Source: an uncultured bacterium
GTDB taxonomy: Bacteria > Patescibacteriota > Gracilibacteria > UBA1369 > PNNO01
Direction: 5' to 3'
DNA length: 32,000 nucleotides
Assembly: GCA_963704705.1 (NCBI GenBank)
Contig: OY969931.1
Location: 420,001 to 452,000, forward strand
Position 1 is the first letter of the stretch; every line of letters begins with the position of its first letter. The translations under genes and the position numbers were made by a program. Positions 17,299 to 26,670 of the stretch are shown in pieces. Under the pieces are notes generated by a model. That model was given only the letters and a program-made list of their open reading frames with translations. It had not been told where the DNA came from and ran no database searches.

Positions 17299-19642
17299 AA
17301 ACAACATCTTTCACGTCTTCAAGGCTTTTTGCATAAACGAATTTAATTCCTTTTATTAAATGTTCAGGAATTTCTTTTAAATCTTTTTTATTTTCAGCTG
17401 GAATAATTATTGTTGAAATACCGTTTCTGCGTGCTGCTAGGACTTTTTCTTTAAGTCCTCCAATAGGCAGAATTCGTCCCTGTAAAGTTATTTCACCTGT
17501 CATTGCTACATCTCTTCTTATTTTTTGATCTGTAAACAGAGATAAAAGAGAGGTGCCAATTGTTATACCTGCCGAAGGTCCGTCTTTTGGGGTTGCTCCT
17601 TCAGGCACATGAATATGAATGTCGATATCTTTGAATGCGTTTTTTTTAATATTAAATTTTGCAGCATTTGATCGTATGTAAGAAAGCGCTGCTTTTGCTG
17701 ATTCCTGCATGATTTCTCCCAGATGGCCTGTTAAAATTAATTGATTTTGCCCTGGCATTTTAGTTGCTTCAATAAATATCATTTCACCACCTGCCTGAGT
17801 CCATGCCAGACCTGTAGCAACACCAATCATATCTTTCTCCTGTTTTATATCTTCATAGAATTGTTCAACGCCAAGTAATTCAGGAATATCTTTTTTAGTA
17901 ACAAGCTTGGTTTTTTTATTTTTTTCAAGCAGACTTTTAGCTACTTTTCGGCATATTTTAGCTATTTCACGTTCTAATTCACGCAGCCCTGCTTCACGTG
18001 TATATCTTCTTATAATATAAGAAATTGCTTCATCTTCAATTTTAAATGGATATTTTGAAAGTCCGTTAAAATTAATTTGCTTTGGTAACAGATATCTTTG
18101 AGCTATTTGAATTTTTTCTTCTTCGATATAACCAGGTAATTCAATAATCTCCATTCGATCAAGTAACGCTGGCGGAATAGGATCAAGAATATTTGCAGTT
18201 GTTATAAATAAAACTTTTGAAAGATCAAAAGGCACATCCAAATAATGGTCATTAAAAGCAAAATTGAGCTCAGGATCCAGCACTTCAATTAATGCAGAGG
18301 CAGGATCACCCTGAAACTGACCCATCCCAAGTTTGTCTATTTCATCAAGCATGACAACAGGATTATTTTCACCAGCTCTTTTAAGATGTTGAATAATTGA
18401 TCCTGGCATTGCACCTACATAAGTTCTTCTGTGGCCGCGAATTTCAGCTTCATCATGCATGCCTCCAAGTGACATCTGAACGAATTTTCTGCCAAGTGAA
18501 CGCGCAATACTTCTTCCCAAACTTGATTTACCAACTCCGGGAGGACCAACAAAACACATTATTGTTGCACCAGGTTTATCCTGCATTTGGCAAATAGCAA
18601 GATATTCAAGAATTCTTTCTTTGATTTGTTCCAAACCATAGTGATCCTCATCTAAAATTTTTCTGGCTTTTTTAATGTCAATTTTTGTTTTACTGCCTTT
18701 GTTCCAAGGCATTTCATAAAGCCATTCAATATAATTATGTACAACATTATATTCTGGTGAAATCGGATAAATCCTTTTTAATCTTTTAAGTTCATCCATT
18801 GCTATTTTTTCAATTTCCTCAGGCATTTTTGCTTTTTTGATTTCATTTTCAAGATGTTTGATTTCTTTTTCTTCAGCTGCTTTTTCAGGATCTTCTTCTC
18901 CAAGTTCTTTTTGTATCGCTTTAAGTTCCTGTTTTAAAAGAAAATCTTTTTCTGTTTTACCCATTTCTTTCTCTACTTCACTGTGGATTTTTCCGCGGAC
19001 TTCAAGCATTCTTAATTCACGTGTCATCTGTTTAACAATTTCACGCATTCTTGTTTTAGTATCGCGAATTTCAAGCAAAAATTGTTTTTCCGGTATAGGT
19101 AAAGTTAAATATGAACATGCCAAATTACATATTTCTTCATAATTTGTAATATTTTGAAGATTGATAATCACTTCATCAGGCAATGGCTTGCCAAGCGAAG
19201 AAGTTGATTCAAGCAATTGTTTTATTTCAACAGAAAGTGCATCACCTTCCTCGGATTTTTCTAAAGTTGGATGAACAGTCTGGACGTTTGCCATTAAATA
19301 AGGCGTTTCCTGAGTGAATTCTTTAACTTCAAAGCGATCAATGCCATCAACTAAAATCATTGCGTCATTTTGCTGACCTTTAATAACCTGAATGATTCTG
19401 CATGCGGTACCTATTTTATAAAGATTGTCCACGGGCGGAACTGTTTTATCAGGATTTTCATAAGTAACTAAACCTATCAATTCATTTTTATTAAAAGTTT
19501 CGTTTATTTGCTTTATATAATCGGCATTTTTTACATAAACAGAAACCACCATCGTAGGAAAAACCACTATCTCTTTTAAAGGAAGAATGAAAAGTTTTTC
19601 AGGTATTTCAGGATTTCCTTCTTTTTTGGGTTGTATAAGCAT
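17279..19642 (-). CDS. lon: ATP-dependent protease Lon
   Basis: LON N-domain LPLKEIVVFPTMVVSVYV; Walker A GPPGVGKSSLGRSIARSLGRKFVQMSLGGMHDEAEIRGHRRTYVGAMPG; Ser protease motif PKDGPSAGITI; PIGGLKEKVLAARR. Confidence 0.98.
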   Translation of the reverse strand: MLIQPKKEGNPEIPEKLFILPLKEIVVFPTMVVSVYVKNADYIKQINETFNKNELIGLVTYENPDKTVPPVDNLYKIGTACRIIQVIKGQQNDAMILVDGIDRFEVKEFTQETPYLMANVQTVHPTLEKSEEGDALSVEIKQLLESTSSLGKPLPDEVIINLQNITNYEEICNLACSYLTLPIPEKQFLLEIRDTKTRMREIVKQMTRELRMLEVRGKIHSEVEKEMGKTEKDFLLKQELKAIQKELGEEDPEKAAEEKEIKHLENEIKKAKMPEEIEKIAMDELKRLKRIYPISPEYNVVHNYIEWLYEMPWNKGSKTKIDIKKARKILDEDHYGLEQIKERILEYLAICQMQDKPGATIMCFVGPPGVGKSSLGRSIARSLGRKFVQMSLGGMHDEAEIRGHRRTYVGAMPGSIIQHLKRAGENNPVVMLDEIDKLGMGQFQGDPASALIEVLDPELNFAFNDHYLDVPFDLSKVLFITTANILDPIPPALLDRMEIIELPGYIEEEKIQIAQRYLLPKQINFNGLSKYPFKIEDEAISYIIRRYTREAGLRELEREIAKICRKVAKSLLEKNKKTKLVTKKDIPELLGVEQFYEDIKQEKDMIGVATGLAWTQAGGEMIFIEATKMPGQNQLILTGHLGEIMQESAKAALSYIRSNAAKFNIKKNAFKDIDIHIHVPEGATPKDGPSAGITIGTSLLSLFTDQKIRRDVAMTGEITLQGRILPIGGLKEKVLAARRNGISTIIIPAENKKDLKEIPEHLIKGIKFVYAKSLEDVKDVVFRKAAK

Positions 19643-19667
19643 TTGTATTGTTTATTTTCTTGATATT

Positions 19668-19696
19668 ATTATACCTTAATTTCCAAAGATTGTCTA
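19668..19696 (-). promoter_or_regulatory. Sigma70-type promoter for lon
   Basis: Reverse-strand TAGACA - 17 nt - TATAAT, 25 nt before the lon ATG. Confidence 0.7.
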
Positions 19697-19764
19697 CCTT
19701 TAGAGTATTGAGGATTTGGCTTAAATATGGTATTATAATACGATAAATTATAAAAACATAAACA

Positions 19765-20613
19765 ATGGATACAAAAACAAAAATTCAAACAGTTATATCG
19801 CTTGTGCTGGTAGTATTGATTACAGCGCTTGCATACTGGGCTCAGGTTCCATCAAAAGACCTGAAAGCTCAACTTATTCAGGATGTTGATACTGTACTTG
19901 TAAGAATACAGGACTTTGCATTTGACCCTGATGTTGTTCGTATTGATACCGGAACAGCAGTAAGCTGGCTCCATGACGAATCAGAGGGTAATGCAGATGT
20001 TCAGCATACAGTAACTTCATATGATCCTGAAGATGCCAGTAAAGCAGGCCAACAATTTGAAAGCGATTTAATGAATTTGGGTGATATTTTCACACATCAA
20101 TTCGATGAGCCAGGAGTTTATTACTATAATTGTTCACTTTATCCGTTTATGACTGGTAAAGTTTGTGTTGGTGATGAATCTGAAGCATTGGATGAGGATT
20201 GTGCAATTGATTTAACTGCACTTGAATCAGCAGGTACCACAACCGGAACAACAACAACTACTACTACTACAACTGAAGAAACCCAACCTCAGGATACAGT
20301 AACTACTTCAACCACAGAGACAACTACACAAGTAGAGCAACCAGTAACAACCGAAGAAACTACTACTAATACTGATAATGAAATTTTATTTAAAGCAGCA
20401 GATGAAGAATTTGCCTCTGATGCTGACAAAATACAAGGTGACGCAAAAGTATATTTTGAATCTGATAATGCATTGTCTGGAAATATTATGGCTGCTGATG
20501 CTACAACTGAAACTGATGGTAAATTATCAAAATCCGGACCTGAAGATTTAATTTATTTGATCCCATTATTATTTGCTTTTATTGTTGCAAGAAAACTAAC
20601 TGCAAAAGCTTGA
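19765..20613 (+). CDS. Surface-anchored cupredoxin-like protein with Thr-rich linker and C-terminal TM
   Basis: N-terminal TM; FAFDPDVVRIDTGTAVSWLHDESEGNADVQHTVTS...FTHQFDEPGVYYYNCSLYPFMTGKVCV is plastocyanin-like; T/E-rich stalk; C-terminal hydrophobic helix LIYLIPLLFAFIVARKLTAKA. Confidence 0.85.
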   Translation: MDTKTKIQTVISLVLVVLITALAYWAQVPSKDLKAQLIQDVDTVLVRIQDFAFDPDVVRIDTGTAVSWLHDESEGNADVQHTVTSYDPEDASKAGQQFESDLMNLGDIFTHQFDEPGVYYYNCSLYPFMTGKVCVGDESEALDEDCAIDLTALESAGTTTGTTTTTTTTTEETQPQDTVTTSTTETTTQVEQPVTTEETTTNTDNEILFKAADEEFASDADKIQGDAKVYFESDNALSGNIMAADATTETDGKLSKSGPEDLIYLIPLLFAFIVARKLTAKA

Positions 20614-20637
20614 TTTTTCCATGATTTACTTTAAACT

Positions 20638-20665
20638 AAGCCCTGCAATTATGTAGGGCTTTTTT
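20638..20665 (+). terminator. Rho-independent terminator/attenuator-like hairpin abutting the cdaA start codon
   Basis: AAGCCCT (20638-20644) gcaattatgt AGGGCT (20655-20660) followed by TTTTT (20661-20665), then ATG at 20666. Confidence 0.75.
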
Positions 20666-21526
20666 ATGGACTTGATAAATAAAACAGTCGCGGATTTTTT
20701 ACTTTTCATTACCAGAGAAGCAGGTGCTTTTTGGGAAAACATCACCCTTTTGAAGTTTTCAGCACCACAGGTAATAATCGATATAATAATTGTATCGATT
20801 GTGTTTTATTACATTTTCATTCTGATAAAAGGTAGCCGGGCTATTCATATTTTGATAGGTCTGGCGATTTTGGCATTTATATTTATTATAAGCAAAGCCC
20901 TGCAATTATTCGCTACTGGTTGGCTTTTGGATAGGTTCTTAACAGTTATCCTGGTTGCAATCCCGGTAATTTTTCAGCAGGAATTGCGAAGAGGTCTTGA
21001 AAAGCTCGGCCAGACAAGGATTTTCTCAAATCATGATATTAAAGCTACTGATATTCAGATAAGTAATATTGTTGAGGCAACAGTGCAAATGGCTAAAAAT
21101 CGAATCGGAGCGTTAATTGTGCTTAAGAAAGATGTTAATTTAAATGAATATGCTGAAACAGGTGTGCCTATAAATGGAAAAGTCAGCAAAGAACTTTTAT
21201 TGAATATATTTTTTCCTAAATCACCGCTTCATGATGGAGCTGTGATTATGGAAGGGGATACCATACAAGCTGCAGCCTGTGTGCTGCCTCATTCTTATAA
21301 GCATGTGGATAGATCACTTGGGACCAGGCATAAAGCAGCGATCGGACTTTCTGAAAATACTGATGCGCATATTGTTGTTGTTTCAGAAGAAAGAGGAACA
21401 ATTTCATATGCGGTTAATGGAAGACTTGAAAGAAACATTACTCCAGAGAGGCTTCAGGAATTACTTGAAAGATTTTATGCACCCAAAAAGCCAAAAAAGT
21501 CTTTATTTAAAAAGAAAAAATTATGA
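20666..21526 (+). CDS. cdaA: Diadenylate cyclase CdaA (DAC/DisA_N domain)
   Basis: Three N-terminal TMs, VIFQQELRRGLEKLGQ, FPKSPLHDGAVIMEGD (DGA motif), LGTRHKAAIGLSENTDAHIVVVSEERGTIS. Confidence 0.95.
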   Translation: MDLINKTVADFLLFITREAGAFWENITLLKFSAPQVIIDIIIVSIVFYYIFILIKGSRAIHILIGLAILAFIFIISKALQLFATGWLLDRFLTVILVAIPVIFQQELRRGLEKLGQTRIFSNHDIKATDIQISNIVEATVQMAKNRIGALIVLKKDVNLNEYAETGVPINGKVSKELLLNIFFPKSPLHDGAVIMEGDTIQAAACVLPHSYKHVDRSLGTRHKAAIGLSENTDAHIVVVSEERGTISYAVNGRLERNITPERLQELLERFYAPKKPKKSLFKKKKL

Positions 21527-22740
21527 AAAAACTGCTAGGAAACTGGGAAATAAAAGTACTTGCTGTACTCGCGGCAATAATTTTCTGGTTTTTAGTAGTT
21601 GCAACTGAAAATACTTTTTATACTTATCCTGATGAAATCCCTGTTAAGGCGTTTAATTTACCAGAAAATTTAGTAGTTGCCCAGGATCTCGGGACAGTTA
21701 AATTAAGGCTTAAAATAGACAATCGTGATACAATTAAAAATTTAACTATTGATGATTTCAGTGCATATGTTGACCTTGAAGGTGCAACTGTAGGTGAAAG
21801 ACAAGCTGACATTGAAGTAAGTTCAAAAAAATCCGAAATTAATGTTGTTAAAGTTGATCCATCATCAATTAAGGTTAATATTGAAGAGAAAGCGGAAAAA
21901 GAAGTGCCAATTGAATATGAAATTACCAATGGCCCAAAGGAAGGTTATGTTGTTAAAGATGTTTCAATTTCAAGCGATAACATAGTTATTAAAGGTTCTC
22001 AGGAAATCTTGAATGATATTGAAGGTGCTTCTTTATTATTGGATTTAAATGGTTTAAATGATGATATAACAGCAAATTTTAAAGTTGCTATTCTGGATAA
22101 ACAAGGTGAAAAAATTCAGGGTGTAACACCTGCAAAAGAGGAACTTGAAGCTACCGTTAAAATAAGCGCGGTAACAGATCAGAAAATTGCTGGTGTACAG
22201 CCAACAATAATTGGTACACCTCAAGATAATATTTGGATTAAATCAATTACAGTAGATCCTAATTATGTAGTTTTAAATGGAGAAAGCGACAAATTAGATA
22301 CATTGGAATTTGTTAAAACAGCAGATATTGATGTAAGTAATATATCCAATGATTCGAGCTTTGATGTTCAGATTACCGGTCTACCTGAAGGTGTGAGTGT
22401 TGAAGGAAGCAATAGTGTCAAAGTAAACATTAAAGTTGAAGTTACTGAGGCTTCAAATATTTCAGGATTAAGAAAAACATTTACTTTACCGGTATTAGTT
22501 CGAAAATTCAGTTCAGATCAAAAAAGCATATCAATCGACCCTATGACAGTAACATTGGTTGTTGAGGGTGATGAGGAAATTATTAATAAAATTTCTTCGA
22601 AATTGAATGTTGAACTTGATATTTCTCAATATGAAGGCAATGAGGCCGACGTTGATGTAACAGAAAATAATATTGATCTTCCTTCAGGAGTAAAGATAGT
22701 AAGTATTACACCTTCTAAAGTAAAAATAACCTGGCAGTAA
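21523..22740 (+). CDS. cdaR: YbbR-like protein / CdaA regulator CdaR
   Basis: ATGA overlap with cdaA; N-terminal TM NWEIKVLAVLAAIIFWFLVVATENT; repeated YbbR-type beta domains (e.g. IPVKAFNLPENLVV, VPIEYEI...GYVVKDVSISSDNIVIKGS). Confidence 0.9.
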   Translation: MKKLLGNWEIKVLAVLAAIIFWFLVVATENTFYTYPDEIPVKAFNLPENLVVAQDLGTVKLRLKIDNRDTIKNLTIDDFSAYVDLEGATVGERQADIEVSSKKSEINVVKVDPSSIKVNIEEKAEKEVPIEYEITNGPKEGYVVKDVSISSDNIVIKGSQEILNDIEGASLLLDLNGLNDDITANFKVAILDKQGEKIQGVTPAKEELEATVKISAVTDQKIAGVQPTIIGTPQDNIWIKSITVDPNYVVLNGESDKLDTLEFVKTADIDVSNISNDSSFDVQITGLPEGVSVEGSNSVKVNIKVEVTEASNISGLRKTFTLPVLVRKFSSDQKSISIDPMTVTLVVEGDEEIINKISSKLNVELDISQYEGNEADVDVTENNIDLPSGVKIVSITPSKVKITWQ

Positions 22741-22742
22741 AT

Positions 22743-23078
22743 TTAATCTTCCAGTTTTTTTAGTAAATTATCAGCTTCTTCCTCTTCAGTACTTCGTGCT
22801 GCACCTTCTTTTTCTTTTATAATTGCTCTGTTTACTTGTTTTTCAAGTTGATCGGCTTCGGATAAGAGGTTGTTTATTTCGTCTGTTTGGCCAGCATAAT
22901 CCTGATTAATTTTATTCATTTCTTTAGCTTCTTGCTCAAAAATATCAATAAAATTTTTCATCACTTCTTCGTTAGCGCTAAGCATTGCTTTAGCTCTAAT
23001 CTTCTGGTCTTCAGGTGAAAGACTTTGAAAAGTAGGGGAATTCTTCATTAATTGCTGTAATTTTGCTTTTAGATCCAT
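22743..23078 (-). CDS. Hypothetical small helical protein (111 aa)
   Basis: Compact ORF between cdaR and the mscS-like gene; E/K-rich coiled coil. Confidence 0.65.
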   Translation of the reverse strand: MDLKAKLQQLMKNSPTFQSLSPEDQKIRAKAMLSANEEVMKNFIDIFEQEAKEMNKINQDYAGQTDEINNLLSEADQLEKQVNRAIIKEKEGAARSTEEEEADNLLKKLED

Positions 23079-23097
23079 GTTGTAAATTAGTTATTAT

Positions 23098-24186
23098 TTA
23101 TTTACTCACTGTTTCTCCGGCCTCACGATGTACATAAACGGTTTGAGTAGGAAATGCCATTTCCAATTTCGCATTATCAAATTTCTCTTTGATATTTCTG
23201 TTAATTCTGTCTTTTGTAGCTAAAAAGAAATTGAAGTCAGTTGGATTTTTTACATAGTAAGTATATTCAAGTCTTAAAGAAGAAGGGTCGTATTCTGTAA
23301 AGAAAGCCCTGAATTCATCTGTGATATTTTTTTCTTTTTTCAAAATTCCTTTAATTATTTCTACTGCATTTTGAAGTTCCTTAGGAGACGTACTATAAAC
23401 AAGCCCAATTGTTCCATCAGCCCTTCTTGATGCTCTTTTTGACATGTTTTCCACAATTGCTTTTGCCAGATTACTGTTTGGAACTGAAATAATTGTTCCG
23501 AAAAAAGTTTCAATTCTTGTTGTTCTCATTCCGATATCCTTAATCACACCTTCATATTGATCGAATTTAATCACATCCCCGATTTTAAAAGGTTTATCAG
23601 CAACAATCGAAAGCGAACTAAAGAAGTTTCCAAGTGGGTCCTGAGCAGCCAAAGCAATAGCTAAACCTCCAATTCCCAGCCCTGCAACAAGTGCCCCAAT
23701 ATCATATCCGAATAAATTTAAAATCATACTTGCAGCAATAACCCAAATTGCAATATTTATAATTCTGGTTAATAAACGTGAAAGCTGAAAATCGACTCCT
23801 TTTTTTAAATGAAGCAATTTTGCAATATAATTGGAAATAATAAAATCCACCAATATCGTAATTCCCTGGAAAATTTTAATTATAAAAATAACCTGAACCG
23901 CTTTTTCAACAATCGAAAGAATGCTTTCAGGTAAAACAAGCGATCTTATCCCAAAATAGAAACCCGCAAGTATTAAAACAAATACTACAACCGTATTAAT
24001 AATTGAAACAATTGTATCATCAAGCTTGGTTTTGGTTTTTTTTGCGAATTTTTCAAATATTTTTTTAATAGAAATTCTTAAAACAGATGCTGCAAAAAGA
24101 AAAATCACAAATATAATTACCGCAGTTAAGTAGTTCTGTATTGTGTTTCCAAAATAAGAGTATTGAAGGAATTGTATTGAAGGCAT
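23098..24186 (-). CDS. MscS-family mechanosensitive channel
   Basis: TM helices followed by the MscS core: GLGIGGLAIALAAQDPLGNFFSSLSIVADKPFKIGDVIKFDQYEGVIKDIGMRTTRIETFFGTIISVPNS. Confidence 0.95.
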   Translation of the reverse strand: MPSIQFLQYSYFGNTIQNYLTAVIIFVIFLFAASVLRISIKKIFEKFAKKTKTKLDDTIVSIINTVVVFVLILAGFYFGIRSLVLPESILSIVEKAVQVIFIIKIFQGITILVDFIISNYIAKLLHLKKGVDFQLSRLLTRIINIAIWVIAASMILNLFGYDIGALVAGLGIGGLAIALAAQDPLGNFFSSLSIVADKPFKIGDVIKFDQYEGVIKDIGMRTTRIETFFGTIISVPNSNLAKAIVENMSKRASRRADGTIGLVYSTSPKELQNAVEIIKGILKKEKNITDEFRAFFTEYDPSSLRLEYTYYVKNPTDFNFFLATKDRINRNIKEKFDNAKLEMAFPTQTVYVHREAGETVSK

Positions 24187-24245
24187 AAAATTGATATGTT
24201 AATTACATCTTTAATAACATAAATTATTTTTTAACAAATATAAAG

Positions 24246-24860
24246 ATGATCTGCGCCTCTATAAAAGCTAACACAATGGCTGAGGTGATTGAAAAGCTTG
24301 CAATGGTGCCAAATGAGTACGATTTGGTAGAGATTTGGATTAATGAAATTCAGGATATAGATATCGATGCATTAAAAGCACAAACCAAAAAATTAATGAT
24401 TATTAAGATTACAGATGTTACTGATAAAGAATTGATGAAAAAGATTGAAGATGCTGAATTTAGCTATCTTGATGTAGATGTTAAAGACCTGGAAATGTTT
24501 AAAAATTTAAAGGACGGAAGCAAAATTATCGGGTCATATCATGATTATGAAGGAACTCCAACTTTGGATGAAGCTCGCGAAATTGCTAAAAAGATTTACA
24601 ATTTGGGAGCTGATATTGCTAAAATTGTATTTTACGCAAAAAATTGCGAGGATAGTTTTGTACCTATTAATCTGTTAAAAGAAACTAAAATGCCATTAAT
24701 AGCTTTTTGTATGGGTCAAAAAGGAAGAATTAGTAGATTTTTAGGTGTACAATGCGGCTCATTAATTAATTATATTGCTCCGGATGAATCATGGCAAACA
24801 GCTGAGGGTCAATTTACTTTCGATGACTGGAATAAAATTCAGACGATACTTTACAGATAA
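24246..24860 (+). CDS. aroD: Type I 3-dehydroquinate dehydratase
   Basis: MICASIKANTMAEVIEKL, YDLVEIWINEI, KIIGSYHDYEGTP (catalytic His), GADIAKIVFYAKN (Schiff-base Lys), PLIAFCMGQKGRISR. Confidence 0.85.
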   Translation: MICASIKANTMAEVIEKLAMVPNEYDLVEIWINEIQDIDIDALKAQTKKLMIIKITDVTDKELMKKIEDAEFSYLDVDVKDLEMFKNLKDGSKIIGSYHDYEGTPTLDEAREIAKKIYNLGADIAKIVFYAKNCEDSFVPINLLKETKMPLIAFCMGQKGRISRFLGVQCGSLINYIAPDESWQTAEGQFTFDDWNKIQTILYR

Positions 24861-24872
24861 CCTTTATTGCTC

Positions 24873-25967
24873 ATGTCGCTAAAGATAGGAATTGTTGGAC
24901 TGCCTAATGTAGGTAAATCTACTTTGTTTAATGCTTTAACTAAATCAAGTACAGCTGAATCTGCAAATTATCCTTTTTGTACAATTGACCCAAATGTGGG
25001 AATTGTTGAGGTTCCTGATGAAAGACTGGATGAACTTGCTAAGATTTGTAAACCTGAACAGATTATCCCGACAGTTATTGAATTTGTTGATATAGCTGGT
25101 TTAGTAAAGGGAGCCAGTGAAGGGGAGGGTCTTGGAAATCAATTTCTTTCACATATTCGTGAATGTAATGCAATTGCACAGGTTGTTCGTGTTTTTGAGG
25201 ATTCTGATGTAATTCATGTTCATGGAGAAGTGCATCCTCAAAAAGATCGTGAAATTATAGAAGCGGAATTGATTTTCGCTGATTTACAGACACTTGAAAA
25301 ACGGCTTCATAAAGCCGAAGGCGAAGCTAAATCAGGAGACAAAAAGAAAATGGAATACAGAGATATTTTAAAGAGTGTTGAAACTAATTTTCATCAGGGA
25401 AAACTTTTGGCGGATATGGAGTTAACCGAGGAAGAAAAAGAACAATTAAAAGATTTACATTTATTGACATCAAAACCCCTTCTTTATATTTGTAATGTTC
25501 ATGAAAAAGAAGTTGGTTCAATAAATATTGATGAACTCAGAAAAAAACTTGATATTGGTGAGGATAAGGTTTTAATTCCAATTTCAGCAAAAGTTGAAGA
25601 AGAACTTTCCGGATTCTCAGATGAAGAAGCAAAAGAATTTTTAAATGATCTGGGGTTAAAAGAAACAGGCTTAAATCAGCTTATTAAAGCAGCATATAAG
25701 ATGCTTGATTTAATTACTTATTTTACTGCCGGACCAAAAGAAGTAAGAGCATGGACAGTCAGGAACGGATCAAAAGCACCAAAAGCTGCCGGAGTGATTC
25801 ATACTGATTTTGAAAAAGGTTTTATTAAGGCTGAAGTTATTTTCTGGAAAGATTTTGTTGAAAGCGGCAGTGAAGCACAGGCTAAAGAAAAAGGCCGGAT
25901 GAGACTTGAAGGCAAGGAATATATAGTGCATGATGGAGATGTGATGCACTTCAAATTTAATAATTAA
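24873..25967 (+). CDS. ychF: Redox-regulated ATPase YchF (Obg family)
   Basis: [23 protein letters not shown]; [24 protein letters not shown]; [25 protein letters not shown]; TGS domain ending [21 protein letters not shown] at 24873. Confidence 0.97.
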   Translation: MSLKIGIVGLPNVGKSTLFNALTKSSTAESANYPFCTIDPNVGIVEVPDERLDELAKICKPEQIIPTVIEFVDIAGLVKGASEGEGLGNQFLSHIRECNAIAQVVRVFEDSDVIHVHGEVHPQKDREIIEAELIFADLQTLEKRLHKAEGEAKSGDKKKMEYRDILKSVETNFHQGKLLADMELTEEEKEQLKDLHLLTSKPLLYICNVHEKEVGSINIDELRKKLDIGEDKVLIPISAKVEEELSGFSDEEAKEFLNDLGLKETGLNQLIKAAYKMLDLITYFTAGPKEVRAWTVRNGSKAPKAAGVIHTDFEKGFIKAEVIFWKDFVESGSEAQAKEKGRMRLEGKEYIVHDGDVMHFKFNN

Positions 25968-25968
25968 C

Positions 25969-26670
25969 ATGGAAATAATTCCTGTAATTTATATTCTGGA
26001 AGGCAAAGCCGTTGCTTTATACAAGGGGCAGATTGAACAAAAACAAATCTATTCGAGGTCACCTTTGAATTATGCAAAGCAATTTGTCGATGAAGGTGCA
26101 AATAAAATTTATTTAGTGGATTTGGATGCTTCTGAATTTTTCAGGGACACAAATTTAGAATTATTACAAATTATCAGAAATGAAATAGATATTGATTTAA
26201 TGTTTGCCGGAGGCATAAGAACAATGGAAAAAGTTAAACGATCAGTTGATATGGGGATGAACTATATTGTACTTGGAGTTTCCGCTGAAAGTATTTATAA
26301 AGAAGCAATCGACACATATGATTCTGATAAAATTATTGTAGGTATCAAAGCAAAAGGAGATGAAGTAATAACCGATGAAAAAAGAGATTTTCCTTTAAGG
26401 GTTATTGATCTTGCTGAAACTCTGCCTTCTTATGGCGTAAAACAGGTCCTTTTTAAAGATTTATGGAAAGAAAGCACAATGATAGGTCCAAACTATGATG
26501 AACCTGATAGAATTTTACGGATGACCGGGCTTGAAGTTTTTTATTCGGGTGGAATAGGAAAAGAGAAAAATCTTAAAACATTAAAAGAAATAGGGGTTAA
26601 AGGTGCGATACTTGGTAAAGCCTTATATGAAAAAGTTCTTTATTTGGAAGATATAAAAGGGAATTATTAG
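25969..26670 (+). CDS. HisA-fold (phosphoribosylformimino isomerase-like) TIM-barrel protein with degenerate catalytic positions
   Basis: Aligns along the HisA motif order: YAKQFVDEGANKIYLVDLDASEF, MFAGGIRTMEKVKRSVDMGMNYIVLG, KDLWKESTMIGPN (vs TDI.RDGT..GPN), VFYSGGIG...GAILGKALYEK. Confidence 0.8.
   Translation: MEIIPVIYILEGKAVALYKGQIEQKQIYSRSPLNYAKQFVDEGANKIYLVDLDASEFFRDTNLELLQIIRNEIDIDLMFAGGIRTMEKVKRSVDMGMNYIVLGVSAESIYKEAIDTYDSDKIIVGIKAKGDEVITDEKRDFPLRVIDLAETLPSYGVKQVLFKDLWKESTMIGPNYDEPDRILRMTGLEVFYSGGIGKEKNLKTLKEIGVKGAILGKALYEKVLYLEDIKGNY

Noticed and set aside
18397-19142. ORFs 18397..18597 and 18837..19142 (+) antisense to lon
   Set aside because: Antisense shadow ORFs with S/F-rich composition; lon is unambiguous.
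20236-20380. ACA/ACT repeats in the cupredoxin gene as a possible CRISPR or tandem DNA element
   Set aside because: Simple Thr-codon low complexity in frame with the Thr-rich stalk; no spacers or conserved repeat units.
21279-21608. ORF 21279..21608 (+)
   Set aside because: Spans the cdaA/cdaR junction in a different frame; both real genes are well supported.
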